NCBI RefSeq assembly: GCF_006345805.1
Contig: NC_043002.1
Span: forward strand, 114,514,001 to 114,578,000
Direction: 5' to 3'
Length of the DNA: 64,000 nt
From: Octopus sinensis
Taxonomy: Eukaryota
Shown here: positions 50,019 through 64,000 of the stretch, piece by piece
Layout: the number at the start of each line of letters is the position of its first letter
Numbering within the stretch: the stretch's first letter is position 1
Notes under the pieces: generated by a model
What the model saw: only the letters and a program-made list of their open reading frames with translations
The model's database searches: none
What the model was told of the DNA's origin: nothing
Made by a program: the position numbers and the translations under genes

Positions 50019-50045
50019 CTCTCTCTCTCTCTATATATATATCTG
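49780..50045. repeat. (TA)n/(TACA)n/(TATC)n compound microsatellite
   Basis: Read directly. Confidence 0.93.
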
Positions 50046-50199
50046 TCTATGTACCTGTCTGTATATATGATTGTATTTAGGAACATATAAATTTATAACC
50101 ACATTTATCATAATAGATAGATTGAAAATTAGATAAATATTGACAGAAAGATAGTTCTTAGGTCTGTTACATACTTATTTCCTTTCCGACTTGTAGTCC

Positions 50200-50222
50200 T
50201 ATATAATAATAATAATAATAAC

Positions 50223-50282
<60 letters not shown>
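50200..50282. repeat. (AAT)n microsatellite
   Basis: Read directly. Confidence 0.97.
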
Positions 50283-50283
<1 letters not shown>

Positions 50284-50800
50284 GAACAGTTTTTATTTTT
50301 TGCTGCTTTGAAAGTATGCCAAACTCTTCAGTTTTGTCAATCCTTCTGCTAGAAGTATTTTACATTATCTTCTGAGAGTAACATTTTTTTTTCTTTTCGG
50401 AAAACGTTATTTTTAATATAAATAAGTCAATATATTTTAGCTTGAAGTGATTTTTAGCGGAACCTATAGAACCGTAGCCTATTAAGTTTTCACAATAAAT
50501 TACTTTCGTACCGAAACGTTTTTCCTTCCGTAGATTCATCTCTTTATTTCATTCGACATGCACACGAACACATTTTTCTATTTGTTTCTTCCTGTGTCTC
50601 GAAACACACATAAAATCTTACTCCCTCTTCGCTCTCACACATTCTTTCTATCTCTTCTCTCTCTTCTCTTTTTCTCATCTTTCTCTGTAGGTATATGTAT
50701 TGTTTTTATGTAAATATGTATATATGTATATATTTCCTCTAAAACGACACATGTCAACACACAAAAGCGTTTATACATGTATATATGTATGTTAAAACAT

Positions 50801-50840
<40 letters not shown>

Positions 50841-50856
50841 TATACGCATAGACATG

Positions 50857-50891
<35 letters not shown>

Positions 50892-51734
50892 TAGATGTGA
50901 TCTTCTAAGATGCACATTATTATCGTAAAATCTAAATTATTTGAATACATTATAGAACAACCATAGTAGCAATAAAAATGATAATAATAAATAATGATAC
51001 ATAACAACATTCGCTTCATAAAGATAACGCCTAAAGATAATGAGGTAGCAGTTAACCCCTTACAGGATAGTCGAGAAAAACAGAAACAATATATAAAAAG
51101 AAAAATCAAATGGTTTTTGCGGTGTCCATACTATAATGTATTGTGGCCATAATTGATTGATGGTTACATGTTTAATGTAGGTGGTGAAATGGCAGTGAAG
51201 TGAGCATTGGATGCTATGCTTTGCGGAATTAAATTCTGGCTTCTTGGAATATGAGTTGATATCCCACTGATATCAACTTTGCCTTTGGTCCATATGGAGC
51301 TAATAAATAACTACCAGTCTATGATGGTAAGGCTGATGGAATTGTTCCAGCCTTGCGGTATCTGTTACGGTTCTTTGTATTCTGAGTTCAAGCGTCGCTG
51401 TGACTTGCTTTAGTGTCAGACTTAATCTGCCGCCCGGTTCAACAAGAACACTTGATCCTTTGTGGATGGGGATATTGGCAAAGTCCGCTCACTTGTAAGC
51501 ATTTGAGCCAGATATCTGGTTTGAGGATAATCATCTCCCACAAATATCAGAAGCCTCATGAAAAGTCAAGAACATTGCACTTCTCTTCTGACTAATCAAT
51601 AAACCTAAGAATTTACGACAATCTTTAGGATGAGCAAAGAAAATGAATAGAAGTTCAAATGATGCTGAATACAGATCTTGGGGAAAAGAATGGCTATAAT
51701 ATTTTTTTCTTACAATATTAGGTCGGCGTGTAGG

Positions 51735-52195
51735 CAAAATCGTTACCGCACCGGACTAATCGCTTTGCAGCATTTCGCCCGTCTTTATGTTCTGACTCCA
51801 AATTCCACCCAGAGCAACTTTTCCTTACTTAGTCGATGAAATGAAATACTAGTGGAGCGCCGGGGTCGATATGAACGATTATCAAGCATTTCCCCCAAAA
51901 TCTCAGGCTTTGTGTCTGCAGTAGAAAGTATTATAATTTTACTAAATTATTGATCTAGTGATTGTTTATCATAATAATCCTTTCTGCAATAGGCACAAGA
52001 CTTGAAATTTTGGGTAAAGTGGCTAGTCAATTACATCGACTCCAGTACTTAACTGGTACTTATTTCACCGACATCGAAAGGATGAAAGACAAATTCGACC
52101 TCGGTAAAATTTGAACTCAAAGTGTAAAGAAGGACGAAATACTTTTAAGCATTTTCCTCGGCGTGCTAACGATTCTGCCAAGTCGTTGCCTTTTC
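51735..52195. mobile_element. Two family A SINEs tail-to-tail (51735-51935 plus; 51975-52195 minus)
   Basis: Family A head, B box and body motifs in opposite orientations. Confidence 0.75.
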
Positions 52196-52536
52196 GTTTA
52201 TTATGATGATAATTTCTTACTTTGGCTCAAAGTTAAGTTTGTATGCAGGGGTGAGGGAAGAATCGATTGATTTGCTCACATTACATAATGGTGAGTATTT
52301 TAACGGTTAGAGAAGCACAAATGTCAACCTTGGTTAAGACACGTAACTAAATACCACATGACATTTAATCCGGCGCTCTATGTAGATTATGAAAGGCATA
52401 AAATAATTAATTAGAGAAGCCTATTTATGAGTTATAAACCCTCTTGATTGATCCATCTTAGCAAGAAATGTGCATTAAAGATTCATCAGTCATGTAAACA
52501 GGTTAAAATTCGGTTCACCGACACTGTATTTTTTCA

Positions 52537-52950
<414 letters not shown>

Positions 52951-53214
52951 TCTGTTGTCTATCTATTTATGTCCGTCTGTCTTTCTATCTCTATCTAAAT
53001 GGATTGGCATGTATGGTCATACATTAATCTATCATTATTTTTGCTGTAATTATTTTCTGTTTGTTATTATTTTTAGCGTCTATCTTACTGTTTGCGAATA
53101 ATTAGTTGCGAACAAGACTTTTTGCCTAGGGAATATGTCAAGATTTGTAGATGTCTGCATTAAATACTCCGTTTTAATTGCGCAAAGTCATTTATGCTGT
53201 CTCTCCCTTGGAAC

Positions 53215-53612
<398 letters not shown>

Positions 53613-54799
53613 GGTTAATTTGTTCGCCTTCTTATATGTCTGGGAATGTGACATTCAAGCATTTCGTTTCGCTAATTATTAGCAAATTCTTCAGACATGT
53701 ATTAAAACATAACGAAATCAAACACAAAATATAAACACTAAAGTTATTTCTCTTGAAATGACGTTAAAATATTTCGAAACGAAATACAGAAACCGGTTCC
53801 TTATTTCTTTAACATTTTTATTTAATACAATTATTTTATTCTTGTTAATGAAAACTGGCAATAATAAACATCAGTATATAGACAATGTGGCTAATTGGAT
53901 AGACACTGATGTACCTTCTTATGAGTTCAAATCGTGTCGTAGGTTTCTTCCTATTTTTTCTAGAAACCTCCTTTGATTGCCTGATTCATCTATTAAATAT
54001 CGGAATCAGATCTACCTCCCCTGTAATAAAATATAATCAAATCTTGCTTATCGCTCTCACTTACAGACACCAGTATTGTGTCCCATCATTTTAATGATCA
54101 TTTATACTTTCTTGTACTTCAATATTGCACCAAATATTCAGCAGTGTTGATTTTTAACGATATTAATGATCAAAAGTTTTATAAACATCATCAGGATTAT
54201 CATCATTATTGTTATCTTTGTTACCATCGATCTCTTTATTGTCTTATGACTATCGTGACAGTTATTAGTTTGATTATTGTGATCTTTAACAAGATCAAGA
54301 TGAAATAATCACTTTTCTGATTCTTATGATGATAAGGATGGCGATTACATGAAGGAAGGAAGAGGATCATCATTAGAATTTCACGCAATTAGCATCCCCA
54401 AAGATGAAGAAAATATCGTTGAACGATGGAAGATATTCAAAGAATCTCTTTGAGGTTCCTCTCGTGCTCTTTTTATCTGGAAATAGTTACGGCATAATCT
54501 ATTCAGAAGTTTTACTTTTAAAGCAGTTCTTTTCCTTTGATGTAGAGTAAACGAATCTTGTAGTGGAATGCCGTTTGTTTCTGAAATGATGTAGTGTTGT
54601 CACGTTGCTCTTACAATTATTTTTAATATTACGTGGGTCAGGTATAATCAATATATTCAGTTCCAGCAAATTACTGGTACTTATTTTATGGACCACTATA
54701 AAAGAAAAACAAAGCCGTTCACAATAAAGATTTGAATAAAAATAAATGAAACTAAATATCATGATCTTGACCAAGTCTGTCATTTCACTGCTCATTTCT

Positions 54800-55215
54800 G
54801 GAATGTATAATATTGGTTTCAAATTTTGGCACAAGGCCCGCAAGTTCAGGGAAGGGAAAGGAGGTAAGTCGATTACATCTACTTCAGTACTTAACTGTTA
54901 CTTATTTTATCGACCCGGGAATGATGAAATGTAAAGTCGACCTCGGCAGAACTCACAACGTAAAATCTGACGGAGTGCCACTAAGCATTGGAATGTATAA
55001 TGCTGGTTTCAAATTTTGAAACAAGGCTAATAATTTGGTGGGAGAGGATATGACAATTGCATCGATTCCAGTGCTTAACTGCTAATTATTTCCTCGACCC
55101 CGAAAGGATAAAGGGTAATGTCGACTTCGGCGGAATTTTAACTCAAACTGTAAAGACGGACGAAATAACGCTAAGCATTTTGTCCGGCGCGCTAACGATT
55201 CTGCCATTTCGCTGC
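54800..55215 (-). mobile_element. Two tandem family A SINEs (about 54800-54960 and 54995-55215)
   Basis: Repeated GGTTTCAAATTTTG..ACAAGGC tail and GTCGAC(C/T)TCGGC body. Confidence 0.8.
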
Positions 55216-58200
55216 CTTATTCGAATGTTTAATATTCATAGTAAATGTTTGTCGATGCTTTTACTTATGAACATCGTTCGTATTACAGATTTACTATTTT
55301 AAATATGTAATAAAATGGTATAACATGTTTTTCATCAAGATAAATTATTACGTTGGGATAATGATATGAAGATAAGAATATAAAAATCTCGTCATTTATA
55401 ACAAGAAAACTTACTATCACAGTATTTCTTGTAAGATTTAAAATGAGCCCCGATTAGGTCTTATTTTCACTACTTGTAATCTAACTTACTACCAACAAAA
55501 TCTAATTGACTAACTGCAATGAGTCGTTCATCAAGTTTAATTTCTTATTGAAACTCGCTTTATCTTTTCCTTTTAATCTAAGAATTCATTACAAAATGCT
55601 AATGATTGAGAAAGCAATTACGTATTTTTGTATTAAATTTCATGCAACTTTTAGATAGGAATAATATTCCTAACCTAAATCACCAACATTTGTCTTGTAG
55701 TGTATGTCCGTTAGATTAAACTATTTTCATGGGGAGTTAGAAAGGTAGTGTGTTGTAGTCATAAAGATGTTCAATTCAAAAATGGTTTCTATAGCACCGA
55801 CACGTAACCAAGAATCCTATTTCGATACTGCCCCGAAGGAATCACCTCAACCTCCCTCATCACGTATTTCGAAGCCAACATTTATAGGCTTCATTTGCAG
55901 TCATTTTCGACATTGCTTCCTACCTCATTGCATGTGTCACTGTCGTAATGTGTTCATTTTTTTTTTATTTAAGCTTTCTTCCACGCTTGCAGGAGTAAAA
56001 AGAACAAGTAGCAATAATTGTATTAAAATAACTCCTTTCCCGCCCCAAGAATCTATTCCTAGTAATAAAAGCCACGCCAGCACTCAGCCTTAGTTTCCGA
56101 CTGATTGTAACAATTTCCTTTGCGCGCGAGATTCACCGCCACCACACACACACACACGCTTATGCACGCACCCACACTAACAATGAATATGAAGAAATGC
56201 TGAAGCTTGTACACAGCTACACAGCATTCTTTCTCTGCTCACAGAATATTCTGGTTATTTTATTAATTCAGTTATTTTTTGTCCATGTCAGAAATTCAGT
56301 ACATCCCTTCTGCTTTGCATGATTAAATGTCACTTTGTCTCTCTCTCTTCAGAGCCAGAAGATACAGTCGTTATTCTACATTCCTATTATTTGGTTTTCA
56401 GCAGACAGTAAAACAAACCTTGCGAGATGTACGTACAATTTTCCGCGCGCGCACATACGTTATCAATAACTTCTTCAATACACCTCTTGTACGGTATTAA
56501 ATTTAGTTCTCTGTCAAAAGTACTATATCTTTTTCTTTTTAAATACAAAAGCACACATGTTCACACATATACACACGACATACATTTCTGTCTGTTTACT
56601 AGCGACATTTCACGAAAAAAAAAAGGGGCAAACTGAATGTGAGATAAAATATCTATGCTGGATATTATTTTCTATTATTTTAGTTTTATATTTACTCTTC
56701 TGTGCTTAAAATGTTACAAAGATCATGTTTCTCATTCATCATTCCGAAGTCGATAAAATACTCCACCACCTGCAAAAAAAACAAAAAAATATATATATAT
56801 CTTCTCTGGTTTGGTATAAATGTAATTATTTAAAATTGGTTTAAATCTGGTGCCAGTTACCGAGTGATGCTATAGTTTTCTCAATCTGTTGTTTTGTGGA
56901 AGTATTATGTTAAAAAAAAACAAAAAAAACTTTCAGGATACATTTTAGTTCTTTTACCTGCATTTCTGAAGACCGTGAAATAAGACTGGAAGGTATCTGT
57001 TACTCATTAGGTCGTTGGTCATCAGCAAATGCAATATTTTCCTAAGGTGCAACATTTCCAAGCTGCTGACCACGATAAAGCGGTCAACCTGCTACTTTCC
57101 GAAAAAGGAAAAATCGGCAAAACTGAAATTTATAAAGCTTTTTAATCAACACTGGTTGGATACATGTGTACACATTGTTTTAATATTTCCCTCTCAACTA
57201 TTTTATATGCATCCAATGAGTATGATATAGTGAATTAAATATATGTGAATGGCATGCATCGCAGAATGGTACTCGGCTTCAGTTTGCCCCATGTCTGGCG
57301 ATGTAAGCATCAAAATATTACTGAAAATAAGGTTGAGAATCGGGAAAGAAATCGACTTGAATTGCTGGTGTTGTGATAGGTACTAAGAACATTTTCGACT
57401 ACTTGTTCAACATCTACACTAACCTCAAGGACGAATGGTAGTAGTGTTTGTCCTTCATATTAGTGCAAATGTCGAAACTGTTGGATAGAAATGAACTTAA
57501 TAATGGAAGAAATAATGTTTACTATTTGGAAGGACACTACTGAAAAACAAGTCAGATTAGAAGATAAATTACTTACCAAACGTTATCGAAATCGATTCAA
57601 ATGATTTTCTCTCTACACACACAGTTCTCACTTGTATCAAAGTTGGAAATGCATAGAGTTATTTTGAGTTACCAACCACTAACTCACTATTTTTTGTATT
57701 TCAGTAATAAAATGTCGGATTACTTTTCAAATAGAATATTTTTAATGCAGTGTTTGCATGAACCCTTTCTTTTGTGATTTATTTTTCCATTTTCCATTTG
57801 CTGACAGAAGAAAAGTTAGAGGAAGCCCTGGTCTTTCTGTACAACTACGAATGTTCTATTGATAGACCAAAGACGTGTCGAGATGATAGTCGGGATTGAT
57901 GCATCTCGCTCCTGCCCAAAGGCTGGTGCTGAAGTGGACGGAACAAAGAAAAAACGAGGATGGTGGTCAGGATTATTGCAAACAACGTTGACATGATCAA
58001 ACGTTATACGGACTCCCACATTGATCTGCTTTCCTCCTCCAGCCTTCACTACTCAAGCCGTCACCATGAATGGCAAAAGAAGAAAAGGCTCATTGATGGT
58101 TGTACTATTACGAAAAATAGAAAGAGTTGACGATCCTCCTAAGAACTAGTCAATCTATCATTCAACACTTCCACAACACGACTAACAAGTGCAAAAACAG

Positions 58201-58329
58201 GATAAATCCCAACCCCCAAAACCACAACAGCAACAAAAGAAACAACAAAATCCAGATCAACAACCAAAATAGCAATAACGAAAGCATCAGGATATGATGA
58301 TAAACACAGTAAAAGGCAGACAGAAACGG

Positions 58330-59400
58330 AAGGATTTACGCTTGGATTGTGTAAAATGTAGGAATACTCTATTCAGTTCCAATTTGAGAGATACTGACTG
58401 GATTCTCCGAATGCACCAGGTTTTAGTGACATATCCGAAGTTCTAATAGACCATCGATCATATTTACATTTTAGTCTGTCAAATATACGTAAAGATATAA
58501 AGTATAAGTAAACATCTTGGTTTATGTCTAGAGGTCTTTCATATATAATCCCTAGTTAGATATTCCTTCATATGCCTCCATCAGTTTGCATTAGCTTACC
58601 CTTCATTGTTCTTTATATGTAATTCTTCAATGGATGATTTTCGTAATTCTTTAGTCATACTCATTAATCTGTTTACTCTCTACAGTCTTGAAATGTCTAC
58701 CCTCATATTACATTACAAGAGAGTGTTATTAGATCCCGGCAACAACAATTTAATTTTAATCTTTGGCTGATATCTTTGCTTGAGTTGCATTTCCATCTCA
58801 TTGATTCTATTGCCCTTTTCTTACGTCTTTTGAGATTTTGGTTCCATTGGCAGCTTTGAAAATGCGCATAGGTGCCCTGTTCCCATAATCGTAGATTTGT
58901 GCCTGTTGAATCCATTTTGATCCAATCTGCATGTGATCAAACAATATTTTTCCACTTTTGTTTTCGCATGCATTTGCTGAGTGATCTCGATAATGTTATC
59001 ATGCATTTCTTTGGATATCTGTTGGTTATTAAATGTTCCAAATTCTTGGCATTGATCGTCCAACTATTTGTTTTTTCTCTTACTACATTCAGAAGAGATA
59101 TCTTTATTTGGGTGTTCTATATCTATCTTGATTTAATTCTTGTTTTTATTCCTTTCATTCTTTGATAGTATTTCTTCAGTCATACATTTTTCTTTTCTTT
59201 TTTTCTTTCTGGAACTGCTTTTTTTAGTGATGGTCATGCATTCAATGTTTAATTGCATTTCATTTTCTTTTTTTATTATTTACCGAGTGCTTCTTATATT
59301 TCTTCTTCATCGTGTAAATATTTGTTTCATATTTCTATGTATATTTTCTCTGTGTATTCTGTATCTTTTTGACAAGTTCAACTTTATTCGTTCTTTTATT
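58330..59400 (-). mobile_element. Decayed RTE (BovB-like) LINE, linker to RT
   Basis: CMTEEILS (WMTxEIL), LDDQCQEFGT..EMHDNIIEIT (WxxxxCxEIE..MHxxIKEIT), RLMSMTKEL (SLMSHxTKxL). Confidence 0.7.
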
Positions 59401-59407
59401 AGATTAT

Positions 59408-59558
<151 letters not shown>

Positions 59559-59952
59559 GGCGGCGAGCTGGCAGAATCGTTAGCACACCGAGCGAAACGC
59601 TTAGTGGTATTTCGTCTGCCGCTACGTTCTGAGTTCAAATTCCGCCGAGGTAAACTTTGCTTTTCACCCTTTCGGGGTCGATTAAATAAGTACCAGTTAC
59701 AAACTGGGGTCGATATAATCGACTTAATCCGTTTGTCTGTTCTTGTTTGCCCTCTCTGTGTTTAGCCCCTTGTGGGTAGTAAAGAAATAGGTATTTTATC
59801 CACCGCTACGCTCTGAGTTCAAATTCTGCCGAGGTCGACTTTGCCTTTCATCTTTACGGGGTCGATAAATTAAGTACCAGTTACGTACTGAGATCGATAT
59901 AATCGACTGGCCCCCTCCCCCAAAATTTCGGGGCTTGTGCCTAGAGTAGAAA
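59559..59952 (+). mobile_element. Family A SINE dimer: full copy (59559-59791) plus 5'-truncated copy (59792-59952) with a different tail
   Basis: GGCGGCGAGCTGGCAGAATCGTTAGC A-box head; two GAGTTCAAATTC B boxes. Confidence 0.9.
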
Positions 59953-60554
59953 ATATTATTACTATTATTATCAACCGCCACTAACAGCAAGAATAACTAA
60001 AACAAGAACAACAACGTCAATATCAACACCAGTAACATAAAAAATCCCTACAAACGAAACAAAAACCTGCATTCCTTCCACGTCCTACCAGCCTTCAGAT
60101 GTAGATAAGGCAAACGATACCAACGCATCCAGCTGGTGTATTGTAGAAAGACTATTAATAAAGAATAGACTTTGTACAGATGAATCTACTGGTTTGGTCC
60201 CCATGCCCTTCTACCAAACAATAAATAACGGTACCACCGGGCCAAACTGCCTAAGAGGAGTCAAACCAGCCGACACACCGAGAACAAACCACAATCAAAT
60301 TACAGCAACCAGAACAGTAGCAGTAACAATAATTGCAGAAGTACAATCAACAATGTTATCAAGAAAACGAACTACAAATGCACAACAAATAGAGACAAAT
60401 CAACAACAGTAACACGAAGAACAAGAGCTAAAACATCAGCAAGAGACACACCAAAAAACACCGATAACAAGAGCAGAAACAACAGGCGCAAAACGAGCTG
60501 AAAAAATTACAAATACTGCGCAACAGCAAACGACTCGCCAGCGAATTAGTGTTC

Positions 60555-60900
60555 CTATGGCTTAATATGTTCATATTTCAAATCCCACAGAAAGCAATTT
60601 TGCCTTTCATATCCATGGGGCCAATAGAATAATTTACCAGTTAAGCAGAGCGGTTGATGGTATCGACTAATCCCCATCCCTAATATTTCAGGCCTTGTAG
60701 TTATGCTGCAGAATGTAATTATGGGGAAAAAAATACCGTGCGGCATTTGACGTTATACGTTCTCAGTTCAAATCTTGCCGGGGTAAACTTTGCCTTTCAT
60801 TCATTTGGGGGCAGATAGAATAAAAATTTTCAGGCAAAAGCTGGGGTTGATGATATCGATTAACCCCAGCTCTTAAAACCTTGTGTCTAAAGTAGAAGCC
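60555..60900 (+). mobile_element. Two degenerate tandem family A SINEs
   Basis: TTTGCCTTTCAT..TT.GGGG body repeated twice. Confidence 0.65.
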
Positions 60901-62002
60901 ATTAATATTGATAAAATTGTAATGCTGGAATAAATATTGTAGTACATTTAATTTCATTCCACTTCGTTCCGTAACGAGATCTTGTCGATAAAATAATTAT
61001 CATACGTTAAGATCAGTTAATCTCATCAGCCTCCGTGGAGAATTTAGCTTTCTATCTTAGATGAAATAAATATCATTATGAAAGTAGACAGGTGCAGAAG
61101 GTAGAAAACTACACTTTTGCAGAAATATATTTGGAGACGGAATATCGTCTTCGTTGACCTTGCAGTTCATGATATCCAGCTTCCATCAAATCAGTTCCTG
61201 TAATACACTGGTCAAACGAAGCAACTATTCACGCGCCTCTAATTAAAAAAAATTGCCTTGCATCATAATCAAAAGAAACGCGCCGCCTTCGTCTTCACCA
61301 TTTTATGTTCAACGCTACCTACAAAAACATCGGTATTATTGCTACTGTGTTTTCATTTTCTTTCATATTTTTTTTTATTTTGTAAAATAAATAAGAAATA
61401 TTTTGAACACTTTTCTGGCGACATTAACTAGTGGAATTAATCAAGCATTAAATAGCTTCTTTTAAATTCAGTTCGCTTATTTAATGACATGATAGACGCA
61501 CAAAAACACTACATACTAACACACTCGCTCACTCACGCATAGATTAAAAGCGTAACTATTCATACACAAGCAATTACTCCATACTAAATGTATATATAAC
61601 GAAACACATTTTCTCTCTCTCGCCAGCGTATACATACTTTTTTTAAACTTAAAGATTTTCTACGTCGAAATTTCACATATATGCATGCATCATATTTAAA
61701 CTCCCCTTGAAGTGTATTTAGAACACTTTTATCTTTTTTAAGAACACACACACACACATTATAAATACATAGACATAGTAGAGACATGTTTATTTATAGA
61801 ATGGTTACATATAATTGAAATAGACGTCTACATACATATAACACATGACAACATAAACACATTCAAATGGTTGTAAAGGCACAAAGATATCTATTCATAT
61901 TCAATGGTCGCTCGTATATACATTCGACGAAAAATCAGTAAGAGTGATAACAGTGCCATTCCCAGCAGTAACAGCACCACCAACAACTAAAGTTTTTTTC
62001 AA

Positions 62003-62432
62003 ATTTCAGCACAAGGCCAATGCGTTCGGGAGATGGAGGCTAGTCAGTTTAATCGCCCCCAGTGCTCAACTGGTAGTTATTTTATCGACTCCGAAAGGAT
62101 GAAAAAGCAAAGCCAACCTCAGCGGAATTTGAACTCAGAACATAAAGCCAGGCAGAATACCGCTAAGCATTTTGCCTGGTACAATAACGATTCTGCCAGC
62201 TCGCCGCCTTAACAAATATTGGTTTCAAATTTTGGCACAAGGCCACCAATTTCGGAGAAGGTGATAAGTCGATTATATTGATCCCAGTGTTCGATGGTAC
62301 TTATTTTATTGACCCTGAAAGGATGAAAACAAAGTCGACCTCAGCGGAATTTGAACTCGGAACATAAAGACGGACGAAACGCCACTAAGCATTTTGGACG
62401 TAATGCTTACAATCCTGCCAGCTCGCCGACTT
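62003..62432 (-). mobile_element. Two tandem full-length family A SINEs
   Basis: Both end in rc heads GG(C/T)GGCGAGCTGGCAG(A/G)A; bodies colinear. Confidence 0.88.
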
Positions 62433-63480
62433 AACAACAACTGATATTTCCAACAAAACGTCTTTACGTGGTCTCTTGACCTGCAAGAAATAGCAGCAAA
62501 GTCCTCTTCAAGCACTATCTTACCGTCTTTGAAAAGAACATAGTGTATGCCGGAGTAATTTATGCTTGAAAATAATCGGAAAGGTCATGGTTGGACTATC
62601 TTTGGTCATAAGTCATGTGTCATAATTGATCTGGGACTAGACAACAAAGCAACAATAGCGATAATAACAACAGCAACAATATCGTAGCTCAATGATTGCC
62701 ACAAAGAAATTCAAGAACGGCAACAGCAACAAAAATAACAAAAAAATAAGAGGAAAAATTAATCGATAGTAAGAATTCGCTAACTTTATTTGTAGGACCA
62801 CTTCGAATTACTATCGATTCAAACAGATAACTTTCAAGATTTTATGGCATTAAGACTTCTTTGATCTTAACACGAGCAAAAGATAATAGTTAACTCAACC
62901 AAGTAGAAACCCTTTTGATTCTCTGCTGACCGCATAAGTTACGGCAAGTTAAATTTGAAGAAGCCTCTTGCCACTAAATATTTTAGATGAATAAATTGAC
63001 AAAAATTTATATAAAAAAACAAACAAGGAATTGTAAAGCAGTATAGGTATTATGTTTCATTGAATAAATACATTTATAATCAATTCTGTGATTCATAGTA
63101 CAGTTGTTTGTTTATTTTTGATGAGCGTGGAATATTCATATGCACCACGAAGATATGAATGCATATTTTAACTTATATATTACATCTTAAAGGAAAATAT
63201 TTATCTATATGAAAGAAAATCTGTTGAGATATGAGAAGACACTGGCATAATCGGTTCATGAGATTGTCAAAGAGGAATGTATTTCACGCCTTTCCCCAGT
63301 TGTTGTAGCCACGGCAAGAGAGAATGCTTTCAGCGTCCTCTCGTCTCTCTTGATTTTCTTTCATGGGCATTGATATATATATTTTTAAGGATATAATATA
63401 TATTCTTTTCCTACTATTTTTTCATAGGGTGATCAAAATCTCTTAGTGTTATATGGATTGTAATATATCTTTATTTGTAT

Positions 63481-64000
63481 CAGGCACTCCGTCGGTTACG
63501 ACGACGAGTGTTCCAGTTGATCGGATCAACGGAACAGCCTACTCGTGAAATTAACGTGTAAGTGGCTGAGCACTCCGCAGATACGCATACCCTTAACGAC
63601 GACGCCGTGGTGATCTCATTCTTGCTCACAACATCATAAGCGGAAAGTGTAACCTCTCGAAAGAGTTGTTCTTCACTCCTGCTCCAGAGCGTCGGCTGCG
63701 GCGTCACTCCGAAAAGCTCTATCTGCGACGATTTCATTTCAATCGAAGGAGAGGGGCTTTCTCCGTCCGGGTTGCGGATCTGTGGATAAGCTGCCGGACG
63801 AGATAGTGAAGATGCCGACGACTGCTCAGTTCAAAGTCTCTCTTGACCAGAAATGGCCTGAACTCTTTGCATGAACACAACCCTGTACATAACTCCATGT
63901 CCCCCCTACATAGCCTTGCTTTTTGCGCCAAAAAATTAACTTAACTTAACTTAACGTAGTTCTCGGGGAGATTCAGCGTGACACAGAGTGTGACAAGGCT
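63481..64000 (-). mobile_element. SINE family C copy interrupted by a CR1 insertion
   Basis: 63481-63598 and 63950-64000 are colinear with consecutive parts of the 8311-8695 copy. Confidence 0.88.
63599..63949 (+). mobile_element. 5'-truncated CR1/L2-group LINE 3' end with (TTAAC)n tail and CTTAACG TSD
   Basis: RRRGDLILAHNIISGK..LFF..RLRRHSEKL..FSVRV..W(N)KLPDEIV..FKVSLDQKW; one frameshift; TSD at 63592-63598 / 63950-63956. Confidence 0.88.

Noticed and set aside
55767-56093. 108-aa ORF in unique sequence
   Set aside because: No recognisable homology or splice structure.
63930-63956. (TTAAC)n as a telomeric repeat
   Set aside because: Only four units, directly at a LINE 3' end; it is the retroelement tail.

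Overview
AT-rich, repeat-dense animal genomic DNA with no recognisable host protein-coding gene. The mix of tRNA-derived SINEs and microsatellites suggests a coleoid cephalopod such as Octopus (inference). Nearly all listed ORFs are translations of microsatellites or decayed transposons. Contents: more than 25 tRNA-derived SINE copies in 3-4 families; decayed RTE-, R4- and CR1-clade LINE fragments; several Penelope-like element (PLE) fragments (RT and GIY-YIG); three IS630-Tc1-mariner relics (a TIR-complete mellifera-type mariner, an irritans-type and a rosa/DD41D-like fragment); a Chapaev3-like transposase relic plus a Chapaev3-type MITE; Helitron/Helentron-like non-autonomous elements; a foldback element carrying a 21-bp minisatellite; and a 100-N gap. 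The most interesting signal is RNA-structural. At least five minimal type I hammerhead ribozyme (HHR) loci can be folded by hand. Two of them (18877-18923 minus, 20019-20061 plus) carry the non-canonical compensatory U3-A8 core. Each sits on a long rod-like stem inside a non-coding, hairpin-rich unit of about 342 or 365 bp with terminal redundancy, inserted at (TA)n. This is the architecture expected of retrozyme-like elements copied from circular RNA. In one of them an inverted copy ends within 1-2 nt of the predicted scissile bond. All folds and alignments are manual, TE boundaries are approximate, and no database search was run.
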